A DNA stretch of 64,000 bases, taken from IMG/VR virus record IMGVR_UViG_3300042402_007915, positions 32,001 to 96,000 of that record. One strand, given 5' to 3'. Below, piece after piece: positions 7,946 through 16,830 of this stretch (position 1 is its first letter; every line of letters starts with the position of its first letter). The notes beneath the pieces are model-generated. The model ran no database searches, was not told the DNA's origin, and saw only the letters and a program-made list of their open reading frames with translations. The position numbers and the translations under genes were made by a program. This stretch comes from a virus.

Positions 7946-9546
7946 TGGCTCTACGAATCAAAGCTGACATCTACGATCAGGAGACTTACAACAACGTAGT
8001 TCTCCTGATTGACGCTTTTGAAAGTGCCGCGCTTGAGTCTGAGACTCGCGAAGGCATTCTTATGGCTATGCAAGGACCTATTCTTGGATATGGTCAGATC
8101 TTGGATGGCGCTGAAGAGACCCTTGAGAGAATGAAGAAGATAGGCGCCCCTCCTGACATGTCTAAGATGGGAGATCCAACGCCTAACGGCGGCTATGAAG
8201 TTCAGCAAGCAAACACTTCGGATGGATTCAACTACTACCCTGGAGATGCTGAAGGATTCACCGTCAATAGGGGTGCGGGAGGCCTGCCATTACCAAGTCT
8301 GACTATAGGAGGCGGCTCTGTCTCTGGAGAAGCGGACTGGCTAGGAGAAATGCTGAACCTTTCAGAGAAAGAGGCTGATGCTCTTAACGCCTACATGTAC
8401 GAGTGTTGGAACTGTAATACTCGGATTACGTTTAACTGGCAGATACCGCTCATCGACTTGCTGGCGCCAATCCTTTCCCTCCTCACGGACATCAACGAAA
8501 TCCTAGAGAGGCTTGAAGACCTAACAAACCCAGTAAACTTCTTACGGAACTTCTGTAAGTGGATGAACTGGTTTAGCCTAATCTGTCCGGCCGACTGGAT
8601 TTCACTCCTAATGGCCCTAAAGATGCTATTTACCAAGTACCTGACGTTCTCGCTTAGTATTAAGCTTGACTGGACTGTCTTACTTGGACCGCTAATCAAC
8701 TTCATTGTAGAGGCCCTAACCTCCCTAATCAGGCAGATTGCAGGAGTAGTGGTAAACCCCCTAGACTGTCTCATTGGCATCTTCAATACCCTCGTGGAAG
8801 TCGAATTTCAAGGGAAAGATACCTATGCAACCATGAAGGCTGCTAAAGATGAGTTCAAGGCTAGGCTAGAAGAGATTGCTAAAGGCGAAGTAATGCCTAG
8901 CGCTCGTACTTCGTTTGTTATGAGTGGGGTCTACTGGGATCCATTCCAGAAACAGTTTGTCAGGGTCGACCAGGACGTAGCCTTGAGGGATAAATATGAG
9001 TTTGCCGCTAGCAGTGGCAAGAAGACGAACCCCTGGGAGGCCTTCGTTTCCGGTGCCAAATACGAATCTGCCCGAAACATGAAAGAGGCAATTCAGCACC
9101 CCAAGCGGGAAGACATGTTCTTCTATACGTTTGTGGGGGCGGTTAAGGAAGCGAAGGACTACATCTTAGAAGTCTCGGCCCAGCTAATTGAAACCCTTAA
9201 CTCGATCAAAGGTCTTTGTGCCGGTGGGCTAAGCGTACAGCTCGAAGGTCTTGGGTTTATGCTTTTGATCCTGCAAATGATTCGCATGGTCCTTATGATC
9301 ATTAAGCTAATCCAGTCCAACAAAGATGTAACCGATTGGTGTGATTACCTTGAGAAGCATCCCGAGAAGCTTGAAGACGCACTTAAAGAGTTTGTCGACC
9401 CAGGTAGTAGCGCAAAAGAAGGCAGGGTCACTGTTAAGGGGCACTCTATCGACATGGCAAGTTGTATAAGTAGTCGTGATCCGCAAGAGTCTGTTATGCT
9501 TAGCAAATGGATCTCTGAACTTACGGAGAAAACTAATGCATCCTAG
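7945..9546 (+). CDS. Helical, Cys-containing hydrophobic protein immediately upstream of portal (hypothetical virion or membrane protein)
   Basis: 533 aa with long amphipathic/hydrophobic helices (WISLLMALKMLF.., GLGFMLLILQMIRMVLMIIKLI) and an ECWNC motif. Confidence 0.65.
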   Translation: MALRIKADIYDQETYNNVVLLIDAFESAALESETREGILMAMQGPILGYGQILDGAEETLERMKKIGAPPDMSKMGDPTPNGGYEVQQANTSDGFNYYPGDAEGFTVNRGAGGLPLPSLTIGGGSVSGEADWLGEMLNLSEKEADALNAYMYECWNCNTRITFNWQIPLIDLLAPILSLLTDINEILERLEDLTNPVNFLRNFCKWMNWFSLICPADWISLLMALKMLFTKYLTFSLSIKLDWTVLLGPLINFIVEALTSLIRQIAGVVVNPLDCLIGIFNTLVEVEFQGKDTYATMKAAKDEFKARLEEIAKGEVMPSARTSFVMSGVYWDPFQKQFVRVDQDVALRDKYEFAASSGKKTNPWEAFVSGAKYESARNMKEAIQHPKREDMFFYTFVGAVKEAKDYILEVSAQLIETLNSIKGLCAGGLSVQLEGLGFMLLILQMIRMVLMIIKLIQSNKDVTDWCDYLEKHPEKLEDALKEFVDPGSSAKEGRVTVKGHSIDMASCISSRDPQESVMLSKWISELTEKTNAS

Positions 9547-11305
9547 AATCGCAGAGCTCATAATTGACCTCCGTAAGCAGGAGTTCGACACTGGTTACGG
9601 CATGTTTGTTGCTGACAGGAAGGCTGACGAAGTTAAGAAAGTCAGTTCTAGGGCCTTGTCTTACGTAGAGAAGTACGGCCGCGACATTTTCTTCAACGCC
9701 GAGTATGACTTTAGGGAGATTCAGATTGCACAGCACTCTGACGGGTACATCTCAAGGTCTATCCGGAAGAAGATCAACCGAATCCTAACTGCCGGGTTCA
9801 CTTTGGTCAGCCCAAGTGACGACCCTCTTAACTATGTAAAGGCCAGACTGTCCGCCATTGCTTTGGCTACGTCCTACCCTACTGAGTGTTTGGTCCGAGA
9901 CTTCTTGTTTGATGCCTCGAGGTATAACAACTGTATTGCTGTTAAGACTCGTAGTGCAGAGCTGTCAGACGGAGACTTGCGTTCTGATTTGAATGGGCGC
10001 GAGCTTAAGCCAGTGGCGGGCTACCATATTCTGCCCTTAGAGACGCTTAGGTTCAGAGCTAAAGAGAACGGCGAGCTTCTTGAAGTCGAACAGCGCATGG
10101 TCAATGGGACCTATAAGGTCTTCAAGGCCAAAGACATTCTGCACTTCAGTACAAACAAAAGCCCTGGATTCTTTCTTGGTACGCCTGAACTGATCCCTGC
10201 AATCGACGACATCGTTATCCTTAGACGTATTGAAGAAAACATTCAGGACCTAATCGAAACAAATCTGTTCCCGGTATACCACTACACCGTAGGCACTGAC
10301 GCAATGCCAGAGCGTATGTCTCCAGAGGGGTATAAAGAGTCAGATAAGTTGGCGACAAAGATTAAGTTCATGAACCCAGGGCAGGTCATCGTTAGTGACC
10401 ATAGGCACAAGATCACTGCAGTCGGCTCGGAAGGACGGTCCCTTAAGATTGAAGGCTACATAGACCACTTCAAGAAGCGCGTCTTTGCCTCTCTAGGTAC
10501 CTCTGGTCTCGATATGGGCGAGTCTGACTCTGCCAATAGGTCTACGGCCTCTACCTTGAGCAAGGGAATGCTACTGGACATTGAGGCGTTGACACTTGAG
10601 TTTACCTACTTCTTTAACAACTTTGTGCTGAATGAGCTGCTTATGGAAGGCGGCTACGACATCTTAGACCCGGAACAGCAGGTTAAGATTCAGTTTGGAG
10701 TCATTGACAAAGAAGAACGCCGCGCGGACGAAAACCAGATTATCCAGTTGTTTTCCGCCAACCTTATTGACATTGACGAAGCCCGCATTGCATTGGGACG
10801 CAAGGTCTTCGATGAAGACCAAATCGAAAAGACACACTACAAGATGTTTGGTGAACCGGCAGAGCTTCTCAAGGCCGCTCAGGTTCCTCTTGCAGCTGGT
10901 GAAGCCCTTGCTCAGTCTCCGACATCTTCTATCACACCAGAAGGGGTGAAGAAGGAAGAGAAGCAGCGCAACGAAGAGAACAAACTTGCGAAGAAAGCAG
11001 CGGCACAAAAGCCCGCTGCTGGGGCAAAACCCCAAAAGAGTGGAAGGCCAACAACCAGGAAGAACGGAACCTCTACAAATAGAAGCCGCCCTGCTAACCA
11101 GTATGGTAAGCGCTCCTCGGCCAAAACAACAAAAGATGTAGAATTCCCGAATAATCAACGTATAATGATTGAAAAAGATTTGGCAGATTCTCCCAACCTG
11201 GACTCCTGGGTCGAACTAGTTTGGCAAAGGTACGAGTCCATGGATGGCTTCAACGTTTCATTGCAAAGTGTAGCTGAATCTATGCTTTGGAGGCTAAATG
11301 AATAA
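9536..11305 (+). CDS. Portal protein
   Basis: Lies between terL and the protease. Portal-like segments FKAKDILHF..GFFLGTPELIPAIDD, KKRVFASLG..MGESDSANRSTA and IDIDEARIALG; basic disordered C-terminal tail. ATG at 9536 has a GGAG SD. Confidence 0.88.
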   Translation: MHPRIAELIIDLRKQEFDTGYGMFVADRKADEVKKVSSRALSYVEKYGRDIFFNAEYDFREIQIAQHSDGYISRSIRKKINRILTAGFTLVSPSDDPLNYVKARLSAIALATSYPTECLVRDFLFDASRYNNCIAVKTRSAELSDGDLRSDLNGRELKPVAGYHILPLETLRFRAKENGELLEVEQRMVNGTYKVFKAKDILHFSTNKSPGFFLGTPELIPAIDDIVILRRIEENIQDLIETNLFPVYHYTVGTDAMPERMSPEGYKESDKLATKIKFMNPGQVIVSDHRHKITAVGSEGRSLKIEGYIDHFKKRVFASLGTSGLDMGESDSANRSTASTLSKGMLLDIEALTLEFTYFFNNFVLNELLMEGGYDILDPEQQVKIQFGVIDKEERRADENQIIQLFSANLIDIDEARIALGRKVFDEDQIEKTHYKMFGEPAELLKAAQVPLAAGEALAQSPTSSITPEGVKKEEKQRNEENKLAKKAAAQKPAAGAKPQKSGRPTTRKNGTSTNRSRPANQYGKRSSAKTTKDVEFPNNQRIMIEKDLADSPNLDSWVELVWQRYESMDGFNVSLQSVAESMLWRLNE

Positions 11306-12779
11306 CTTAAAGGACAAAAGCACTAATGTCCTGGGCGGAGAGACCGCTCTCGACGCTAAGGGCTTACTTGACGTTGCTTTTGATGAAGCTCGCGGCCCCA
11401 AGAAGGGAATTCTTGTGGATTTGGTGTTTAGCACCTCCGGTAAGGTGACGAATCATAGGATTTACAGAGCGAGCGGACACGTAGCAGGAATGTCTACTTG
11501 GACCAAGCCATACAAGAAGCCCATGATTGTGCAGCACAACATGGAAGGAAGCGAGCCTCTTGGCCGAGTCCAGTCTGTTCGATGGCAGGAAAATCCCGAG
11601 GCTGTTCGTTTCTTCAATAGCAAGGGTGAGTACGAGCTCTTCAAAAAGACCTTGAATGAAGGCAGTGCTGTTGAGGTCTACAAGGCTTTCGAAAAGCATG
11701 GCCTCCTAAACAACAAGGACTGGCCCGGTGTCGGAGACGTTATCGGTACTGTTCGCATTACTGACAAAACCGCCGCCGAAAAGTTCATTGATGAGCGGTA
11801 CCTAACAGTTTCAGCTGGGCAAGACACGGATAGCCTTGCATGTGGCCTCTGCGGAGCAGACCATGCTAAAGGCAAGCGTTGCCCCCACAAGCGTGGACTT
11901 AAGGACGACAAGGGCCGTGTTGCTATTTTTGTTACCGGAACCATGAGCGGATCTGAAATTTCGGTAGTGAATAGCCCCGCAAATGATCGTTCTACTACAG
12001 TTGGTATTTCGATTGAGGATTCGGAAGAGTCCCAAGAGGATACCGAAACTATCTCAATCGCAACCCTCTTAGACGAAAAGGAAACTGATAAAATGCCTAC
12101 TCTTGCAGACATGTCCATGGACGAGTTCAAGGCGTTGATCGCCGATATGATCTCGGTAAAGACTCCCGCGCCAGTTGAAGACGCGCTGGAGACCGTATAC
12201 AAGAAGAAGACCAAGATGAGCGGCGAGAACCTCCCTACTCTCTCGGACAGCAAGTATCCATACAGGACAGCGGACGACCTGAAGGTCCTCCTTGCACTTG
12301 TTGATGGCCTAGAGGATGAAGAGAGCCTCGCCCTCGCTAAGCTTGCTACCGACAAGGTAGAGGAGCTCACGAAGACCAGTACAATCGCAGATGAACTTGC
12401 GACCCTTAAGGCAGAGCTCGAAAGCGTTAAGGCCGATTACGCGGCTGCACTGGTTCTGAATGACAGCCTGAAGACTCAGGTTGCTGAGCTTTCAGAAAAA
12501 ATTTCTGTAGAAAAGAACACAGATGCTTCGGTTGGTGTAGACGCCGAGAAGCTAAGTAACGAAAATGAAACCAAGGTAATTGATAATCCCAGTGTAAGCG
12601 GGACTCCAGCCCTCGACTCAAAAGGTACGAAGCTGTCAGACACGCTTAACTACCATGTAAGTACATACCACAAGCTTCTGAAAGATAAGGGTGGGAGAGC
12701 TGCTGAAGGGTACTTGATGAATATCAAGGCAAACAGGCTTGTTCCACGCGATTTCGATCCTACTAAGTACAACTCATAA
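11298..12779 (+). CDS. Prohead (maturation) protease fused to scaffold domain
   Basis: HK97/herpes-type protease motifs MIVQHN, YLTVSAG and EISVVNSPAN, with a CxxC..CxH insert (CGLCG..CPH); acidic linker followed by a coiled-coil C-terminal half. Confidence 0.88.
   Translation: MNNLKDKSTNVLGGETALDAKGLLDVAFDEARGPKKGILVDLVFSTSGKVTNHRIYRASGHVAGMSTWTKPYKKPMIVQHNMEGSEPLGRVQSVRWQENPEAVRFFNSKGEYELFKKTLNEGSAVEVYKAFEKHGLLNNKDWPGVGDVIGTVRITDKTAAEKFIDERYLTVSAGQDTDSLACGLCGADHAKGKRCPHKRGLKDDKGRVAIFVTGTMSGSEISVVNSPANDRSTTVGISIEDSEESQEDTETISIATLLDEKETDKMPTLADMSMDEFKALIADMISVKTPAPVEDALETVYKKKTKMSGENLPTLSDSKYPYRTADDLKVLLALVDGLEDEESLALAKLATDKVEELTKTSTIADELATLKAELESVKADYAAALVLNDSLKTQVAELSEKISVEKNTDASVGVDAEKLSNENETKVIDNPSVSGTPALDSKGTKLSDTLNYHVSTYHKLLKDKGGRAAEGYLMNIKANRLVPRDFDPTKYNS
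12093..12779 (+). CDS. Putative nested scaffold protein (internal in-frame start in the protease gene)
   Basis: In-frame ATG at 12093 (MPTLADM..) preceded by AAGGA at 12078-12082, at the protease/coiled-coil boundary. Confidence 0.45.
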   Translation: MPTLADMSMDEFKALIADMISVKTPAPVEDALETVYKKKTKMSGENLPTLSDSKYPYRTADDLKVLLALVDGLEDEESLALAKLATDKVEELTKTSTIADELATLKAELESVKADYAAALVLNDSLKTQVAELSEKISVEKNTDASVGVDAEKLSNENETKVIDNPSVSGTPALDSKGTKLSDTLNYHVSTYHKLLKDKGGRAAEGYLMNIKANRLVPRDFDPTKYNS

Positions 12780-12791
12780 GGAGTTTGAAAA

Positions 12792-14138
12792 ATGGCAAAG
12801 CCTCTTGTTCGTCGCGACGAATTCTTTGGGGAGATGACTCCCTCCAACACCCGTAACCAGAACGTTATCTTTCCTCAGGGTACTTACATCCCTGCTAAGT
12901 GGCTCCCGGTAGCATTTACTGTTACTGACCGTGATGCTGGCAGCGATGCTTTCGTAATCTCGGAAGGAAAGCCTGTCTGTTTTGATAGCACGGGTGCTCT
13001 CGTTCCTGCTGGTTACTACTGGTACGTTACCAAGCTGAACGCAACCACTGATAACTTTGTTACCTATACTGCTACCGACGTTGAGTGGGGAGTCCAGGAC
13101 ATCACCACTGGTGAGGCAGTTGCTGCTGCTGTCGCTTATGACGCAATCACTGTTGCCAAGGCTCTCGTTGAGCGTGGCCTCGTAAACAGCACCACGATCC
13201 CGTCAAACGCTTCGGGCTGCAAGACCATCTTTGGTCTGTTCTTCTCTCTGCCGGTTGGTCTGGCCCCATATGACTTCTATAAGTACCTTGGGAAGAACGA
13301 GGACGGCGATGCAGTTCTCCATAACTACCTCAAGCAGTCGAACGTTCAGTTCCAGACCGAGAAGATGCTTGACGTTCTGAACCGTGCTGCTGATAGTACC
13401 ACTTCAGATGCCTTTGACGCTGCGGCCATTACCACGATTACTGCTCCTTCGGCGGTTGGAGACTTCCCCGAGGCTGGACAGGTTTGGACTGCTGCCGCTC
13501 TCGCTGCGACTGTTCGTTTCTCCCTCATGGGCATTACCAGCTCCAAGCCAGTTGTTGCTCTGAAGCTTGCTAACCGTGACGTTGCTTCTGTAACTGACCG
13601 CACTCCGTTCAGCTGCGATGACGCTAGCGTTCTGGTTAAGCTCAAGGCTTCTCCGGCTGCTATCCGCTCGGAAGGCGATTACTACATTGACCACTCAATG
13701 GGTATTGTCTTCATTCACGATGACACTTGGGCCGCCCTTGTTGCTGACGCCGTCACCGCCACCTTCAGCTACTACTTCTACGCTGCTCCTGGTAGCATCA
13801 CTGACGTAGCTAGCGGCCACCGCCACGTTTACTTCGAGGGCATTTGCCGTCCAGGTGACCGCGTTGGTATCGACAAGCAGTCCAACTACGTTGTTGCAGG
13901 CGGAACGAGTGACGTTCTCCCCAGCGGCACTAGCTTTGGCTTTGTAAACTTCTGTGAATATGAGCCTTACGCCCTCATGACCCACGTCAAGAGCGCACAG
14001 GAAGAGCGTCCAGGCCGCACGGTACCCGCTACCGCTAAGATGCCAGGTACTGCTTCTAAGGGCTTCTCCGACAGTATCATGAAGGCTCGCGAGACGGTTG
14101 CTGATCGCCACGTCATCGTAACCCTTCGCTTCCTCTAA
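12792..14138 (+). CDS. Abundant head protein (capsid decoration/cement-like)
   Basis: Between protease and major capsid gene; strong SD TAAGGAG; same high-expression codon bias as capsid and sheath; beta-rich. Confidence 0.7.
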   Translation: MAKPLVRRDEFFGEMTPSNTRNQNVIFPQGTYIPAKWLPVAFTVTDRDAGSDAFVISEGKPVCFDSTGALVPAGYYWYVTKLNATTDNFVTYTATDVEWGVQDITTGEAVAAAVAYDAITVAKALVERGLVNSTTIPSNASGCKTIFGLFFSLPVGLAPYDFYKYLGKNEDGDAVLHNYLKQSNVQFQTEKMLDVLNRAADSTTSDAFDAAAITTITAPSAVGDFPEAGQVWTAAALAATVRFSLMGITSSKPVVALKLANRDVASVTDRTPFSCDDASVLVKLKASPAAIRSEGDYYIDHSMGIVFIHDDTWAALVADAVTATFSYYFYAAPGSITDVASGHRHVYFEGICRPGDRVGIDKQSNYVVAGGTSDVLPSGTSFGFVNFCEYEPYALMTHVKSAQEERPGRTVPATAKMPGTASKGFSDSIMKARETVADRHVIVTLRFL

Positions 14139-14165
14139 TTCATAACGATCTAAGGAGTCAATGAA

Positions 14166-15449
14166 ATGGCTACTCTAAAGCTTACTGACGGCAACGAGGT
14201 TCCGGTTGAGAACAACCAGGAGTCCGCTCGTCTTCTGAACTATGCGTTTAACAACTCGGGGCACATTCCTGGGCAGGCGGAGGCTCTTGATTGGAGTCGT
14301 TTCGTAGGCTCGCTGAAGGACACTGTCGCTGCAGGTTCGATTAAGCCGCTGCTTACCTCGAGCATTGAGATTACGATGCGTGAGAGCGTTGAGCCTCTTA
14401 TGCCAATCCATACCCTGTTTGATGTAATCCAGGCTCGCGGTATGTCGACTCAGGTTGTTGCTGGTGCAATCGGCGCTGCCTTCCATGCTGCTGACGTTGG
14501 TGAGCAGGGTACTTACCCTGAAGCCACGTTCACCATGGGTGGTGGCATGCAGACTGCCATGATTGGCAAGTGTGGTATCCAGCAGTCGTTCACCGACGAC
14601 GCTCTTCGCTACGCCAACTTCGACCTCATGGGCTTGAACCTCCGTGAGATGGCAAAGGCAATGAAGCGCCACAAGGAGAACAAGGCACGCGCCTTCCTCC
14701 GTCAGCTCGGTGTTCCTCTCTTCGACAACGCTGACCCCACTTCGTCTCTCTTTGGTATCTGCACTGGCCGCGGCCTTGATATGGCCGCTAACGGCGCCCT
14801 TACCATGGACGACCTCCTGAAGGCCGTTTCTCACTCTGCTGAGCAGGGTTATGTTTACGACCTCCTGATTGTCCATCCAACCACCTACCTCATGTTCCAG
14901 CACGATCCGGTTATGCGTAACCTGTTCCTCATGGGCCAGGGCGGTTCGTACTTCGGTCAGACTGCTGGTAACCCCGGTCCTCTCGATCCTTGGGGTTGGG
15001 GTAACATGGGTCCTGCTCGCGGTCGCTTTGTCACTCCGGTTGGCGCTGCTAACGGTGATGACCCGACTGGCAACTTCAACTCAATCGCTTGGGGTTCTGA
15101 TAGCCGCCCCGTCCTCCCCTCCTACGGTCCCAAGGGCATTACTGTCCTCGCTTCGGCTATGGTTCCGTTCGACGAGTCGACTGGTCTTTCGGACGCCTAC
15201 TTTGTCTCCAGCGGCAACGTTGGTATGATGCTGGTTGATGAGGGTGAGACCAAGGCTGAGTGGTACGACCAGACCCGCGAGGTAACGACCATCCGTATGC
15301 GCGAGCGTTACGGTTTCGCCATCAAGAACGATGGTATGGGCGTTGGTCTTATCAAGAACCTGAAGGTTGTCCGTAACTACTGGGATGGTGCTGTCCACGC
15401 CGAGGCTGCTCCTGTTGAGCCCATCGACGTGACCACTGCTGTAGTCTAG
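14166..15449 (+). CDS. Major capsid protein (HK97 fold)
   Basis: 427 aa; SD TAAGGAG; E-loop-like AADVGEQGTYPE, KCGIQQSFTDDALR, spine helix LREMAKAMKRHKE, LLIVHP and C-terminal IRMRERYGFAI; followed by a terminator. Confidence 0.92.
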   Translation: MATLKLTDGNEVPVENNQESARLLNYAFNNSGHIPGQAEALDWSRFVGSLKDTVAAGSIKPLLTSSIEITMRESVEPLMPIHTLFDVIQARGMSTQVVAGAIGAAFHAADVGEQGTYPEATFTMGGGMQTAMIGKCGIQQSFTDDALRYANFDLMGLNLREMAKAMKRHKENKARAFLRQLGVPLFDNADPTSSLFGICTGRGLDMAANGALTMDDLLKAVSHSAEQGYVYDLLIVHPTTYLMFQHDPVMRNLFLMGQGGSYFGQTAGNPGPLDPWGWGNMGPARGRFVTPVGAANGDDPTGNFNSIAWGSDSRPVLPSYGPKGITVLASAMVPFDESTGLSDAYFVSSGNVGMMLVDEGETKAEWYDQTREVTTIRMRERYGFAIKNDGMGVGLIKNLKVVRNYWDGAVHAEAAPVEPIDVTTAVV

Positions 15450-15474
15450 ACGATCCAGGGGTGACCCTATAAGA

Positions 15475-15505
15475 TAGGGGGAGCGCAAGCTCCCCCTACT
15501 TATTT
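15475..15505 (+). terminator. Rho-independent terminator after the major capsid gene
   Basis: TAGGGGGAGC-GCAA-GCTCCCCCTA: perfect 10-bp stem with a GNRA loop, followed by CTTATTT. Confidence 0.85.
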
Positions 15506-15515
15506 GGAGATTCAT

Positions 15516-15707
15516 ATGGTTAGTTCTAAGTACGAAGACTTGTTAAGAGAGCTCCTTGGCCAAAAGACTAAGGTCCAGAGCGTTGCTGATCCGAGTAGAG
15601 AACTAGAAGTTGTAGATTTAGAGCTCGAGGTCTTTAATCAAGTCGAAGCAAGCGAGACCAAAGTCTTCAAGGCTAAATTCATTCGTCCGTCCGAAGAAGA
15701 GGAGTAA
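15516..15707 (+). CDS. Small acidic hypothetical protein
   Basis: ATG at 15516 with GGAG SD; 63 aa; abuts the next gene. Confidence 0.6.
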   Translation: MVSSKYEDLLRELLGQKTKVQSVADPSRELEVVDLELEVFNQVEASETKVFKAKFIRPSEEEE

Positions 15708-15709
15708 CA

Positions 15710-16822
15710 ATGGCAAGTCCAGAATTGGTTCACAACTACCCTGCGAGTGGAGATACTGGATTCCCTGTGGGTGAAAAGATTCGCCTCTACTTCTCTAACT
15801 GTGTTGATCCTAAGACAGCTAAGGATTCGATTATCTTGGTTGGTAATGTAAGGGATAGGGCGCATGGGCCTGGCATGGCAAGTCTTGTTTCTCCCAAGGT
15901 AGGAGACGACAGGTTCTTTCTTAAGTCTCCAGGGTTCAGTGGAACTGTTCCTTTGAAGATGGAGTTTGGTCTTTACAGGACAGATGATAGTGACCGGGAG
16001 ATAGTAAGTGGCGCGCTTCCAGACAGAGATGCAGAAGTGGCAGGCCCTTACGCCTCGGCAGTTACTATTTGGCCCGAAGGCGGCTCTTTTGCTGCAGACA
16101 CTATTTACACCCTGTATGTCAATGGAGATCCGGAGAGTACAGGGATTGTTGGTGTGTCCTGTAAGACGGTCTATGATGTGGTCCCAGACCCTGCCAATGC
16201 CTCTACGACTGGAGTTGTGAAGGTAAGCGGTACATACACCGGAGACGGAGACGACACGGTTGTGGTGGTCATTACGACAGCAGGAGACCCTGGAGGTATG
16301 AAGTATAAATGGTGGTTCGACTCGGCGGGCGAACCCTCTGCCACTATGGGGAAAGTAAGCTCACGGCGCTATCGTTTGCTTGACGAAGGACTTCAGATCC
16401 GTTTTGACGGGTCTGAATTTGAAGTGGGCGATAGGTTTGAGGTACAGGTCTACTCTAGGGAAAGAATGGAGACCAGTTCAAACCTTACGTTCACGACTAA
16501 CGACGGTACTTGGTCAGAAGCCCCAGGAGTGTCTTCTATTCCGGCCTCGACAGTTCCGGCAGTTACTGACCTCATTGAAACCGAAGCCACCTATCTCACG
16601 GTCATTGAGATGGACCCGGAACACCAGTCCTACAACAACAAGAACAATCTTAGAAGGGTCTGGATTAAGTTCTCCGAGGAACTAGATGCGGATACTGTTA
16701 CTAAGGAAACGGTTGAGCTTTGGAAGCTTCCAGTAAGCGGTCACTACAACAAAACGTATCGCCCCGAGAGACTTGAGTTTGAGCTCGAAGTTGACGGTGA
16801 CGAAATCGTACTCAAGTTCTAG
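15710..16822 (+). CDS. Ig-like (SbsA/Big_5-type) domain virion protein
   Basis: N-terminal YPASGDTGFPVGEKIRLYFSNCVDPKT and C-terminal MDPEHQS..RVWIKFSEELDADTV are both Big_5-like starts; SD GAGGAG. Confidence 0.65.
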   Translation: MASPELVHNYPASGDTGFPVGEKIRLYFSNCVDPKTAKDSIILVGNVRDRAHGPGMASLVSPKVGDDRFFLKSPGFSGTVPLKMEFGLYRTDDSDREIVSGALPDRDAEVAGPYASAVTIWPEGGSFAADTIYTLYVNGDPESTGIVGVSCKTVYDVVPDPANASTTGVVKVSGTYTGDGDDTVVVVITTAGDPGGMKYKWWFDSAGEPSATMGKVSSRRYRLLDEGLQIRFDGSEFEVGDRFEVQVYSRERMETSSNLTFTTNDGTWSEAPGVSSIPASTVPAVTDLIETEATYLTVIEMDPEHQSYNNKNNLRRVWIKFSEELDADTVTKETVELWKLPVSGHYNKTYRPERLEFELEVDGDEIVLKF

Positions 16823-16830
16823 GAGGTACA

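Noticed and set aside
11678-15515. Long minus-strand ORFs (11678-12370, 14175-14903, 15081-15515 and others)
   Set aside because: They are shadows of codon-biased plus-strand genes, with no recognisable motifs and complete overlap with essential genes. The same applies to the other minus-strand ORFs in the track.
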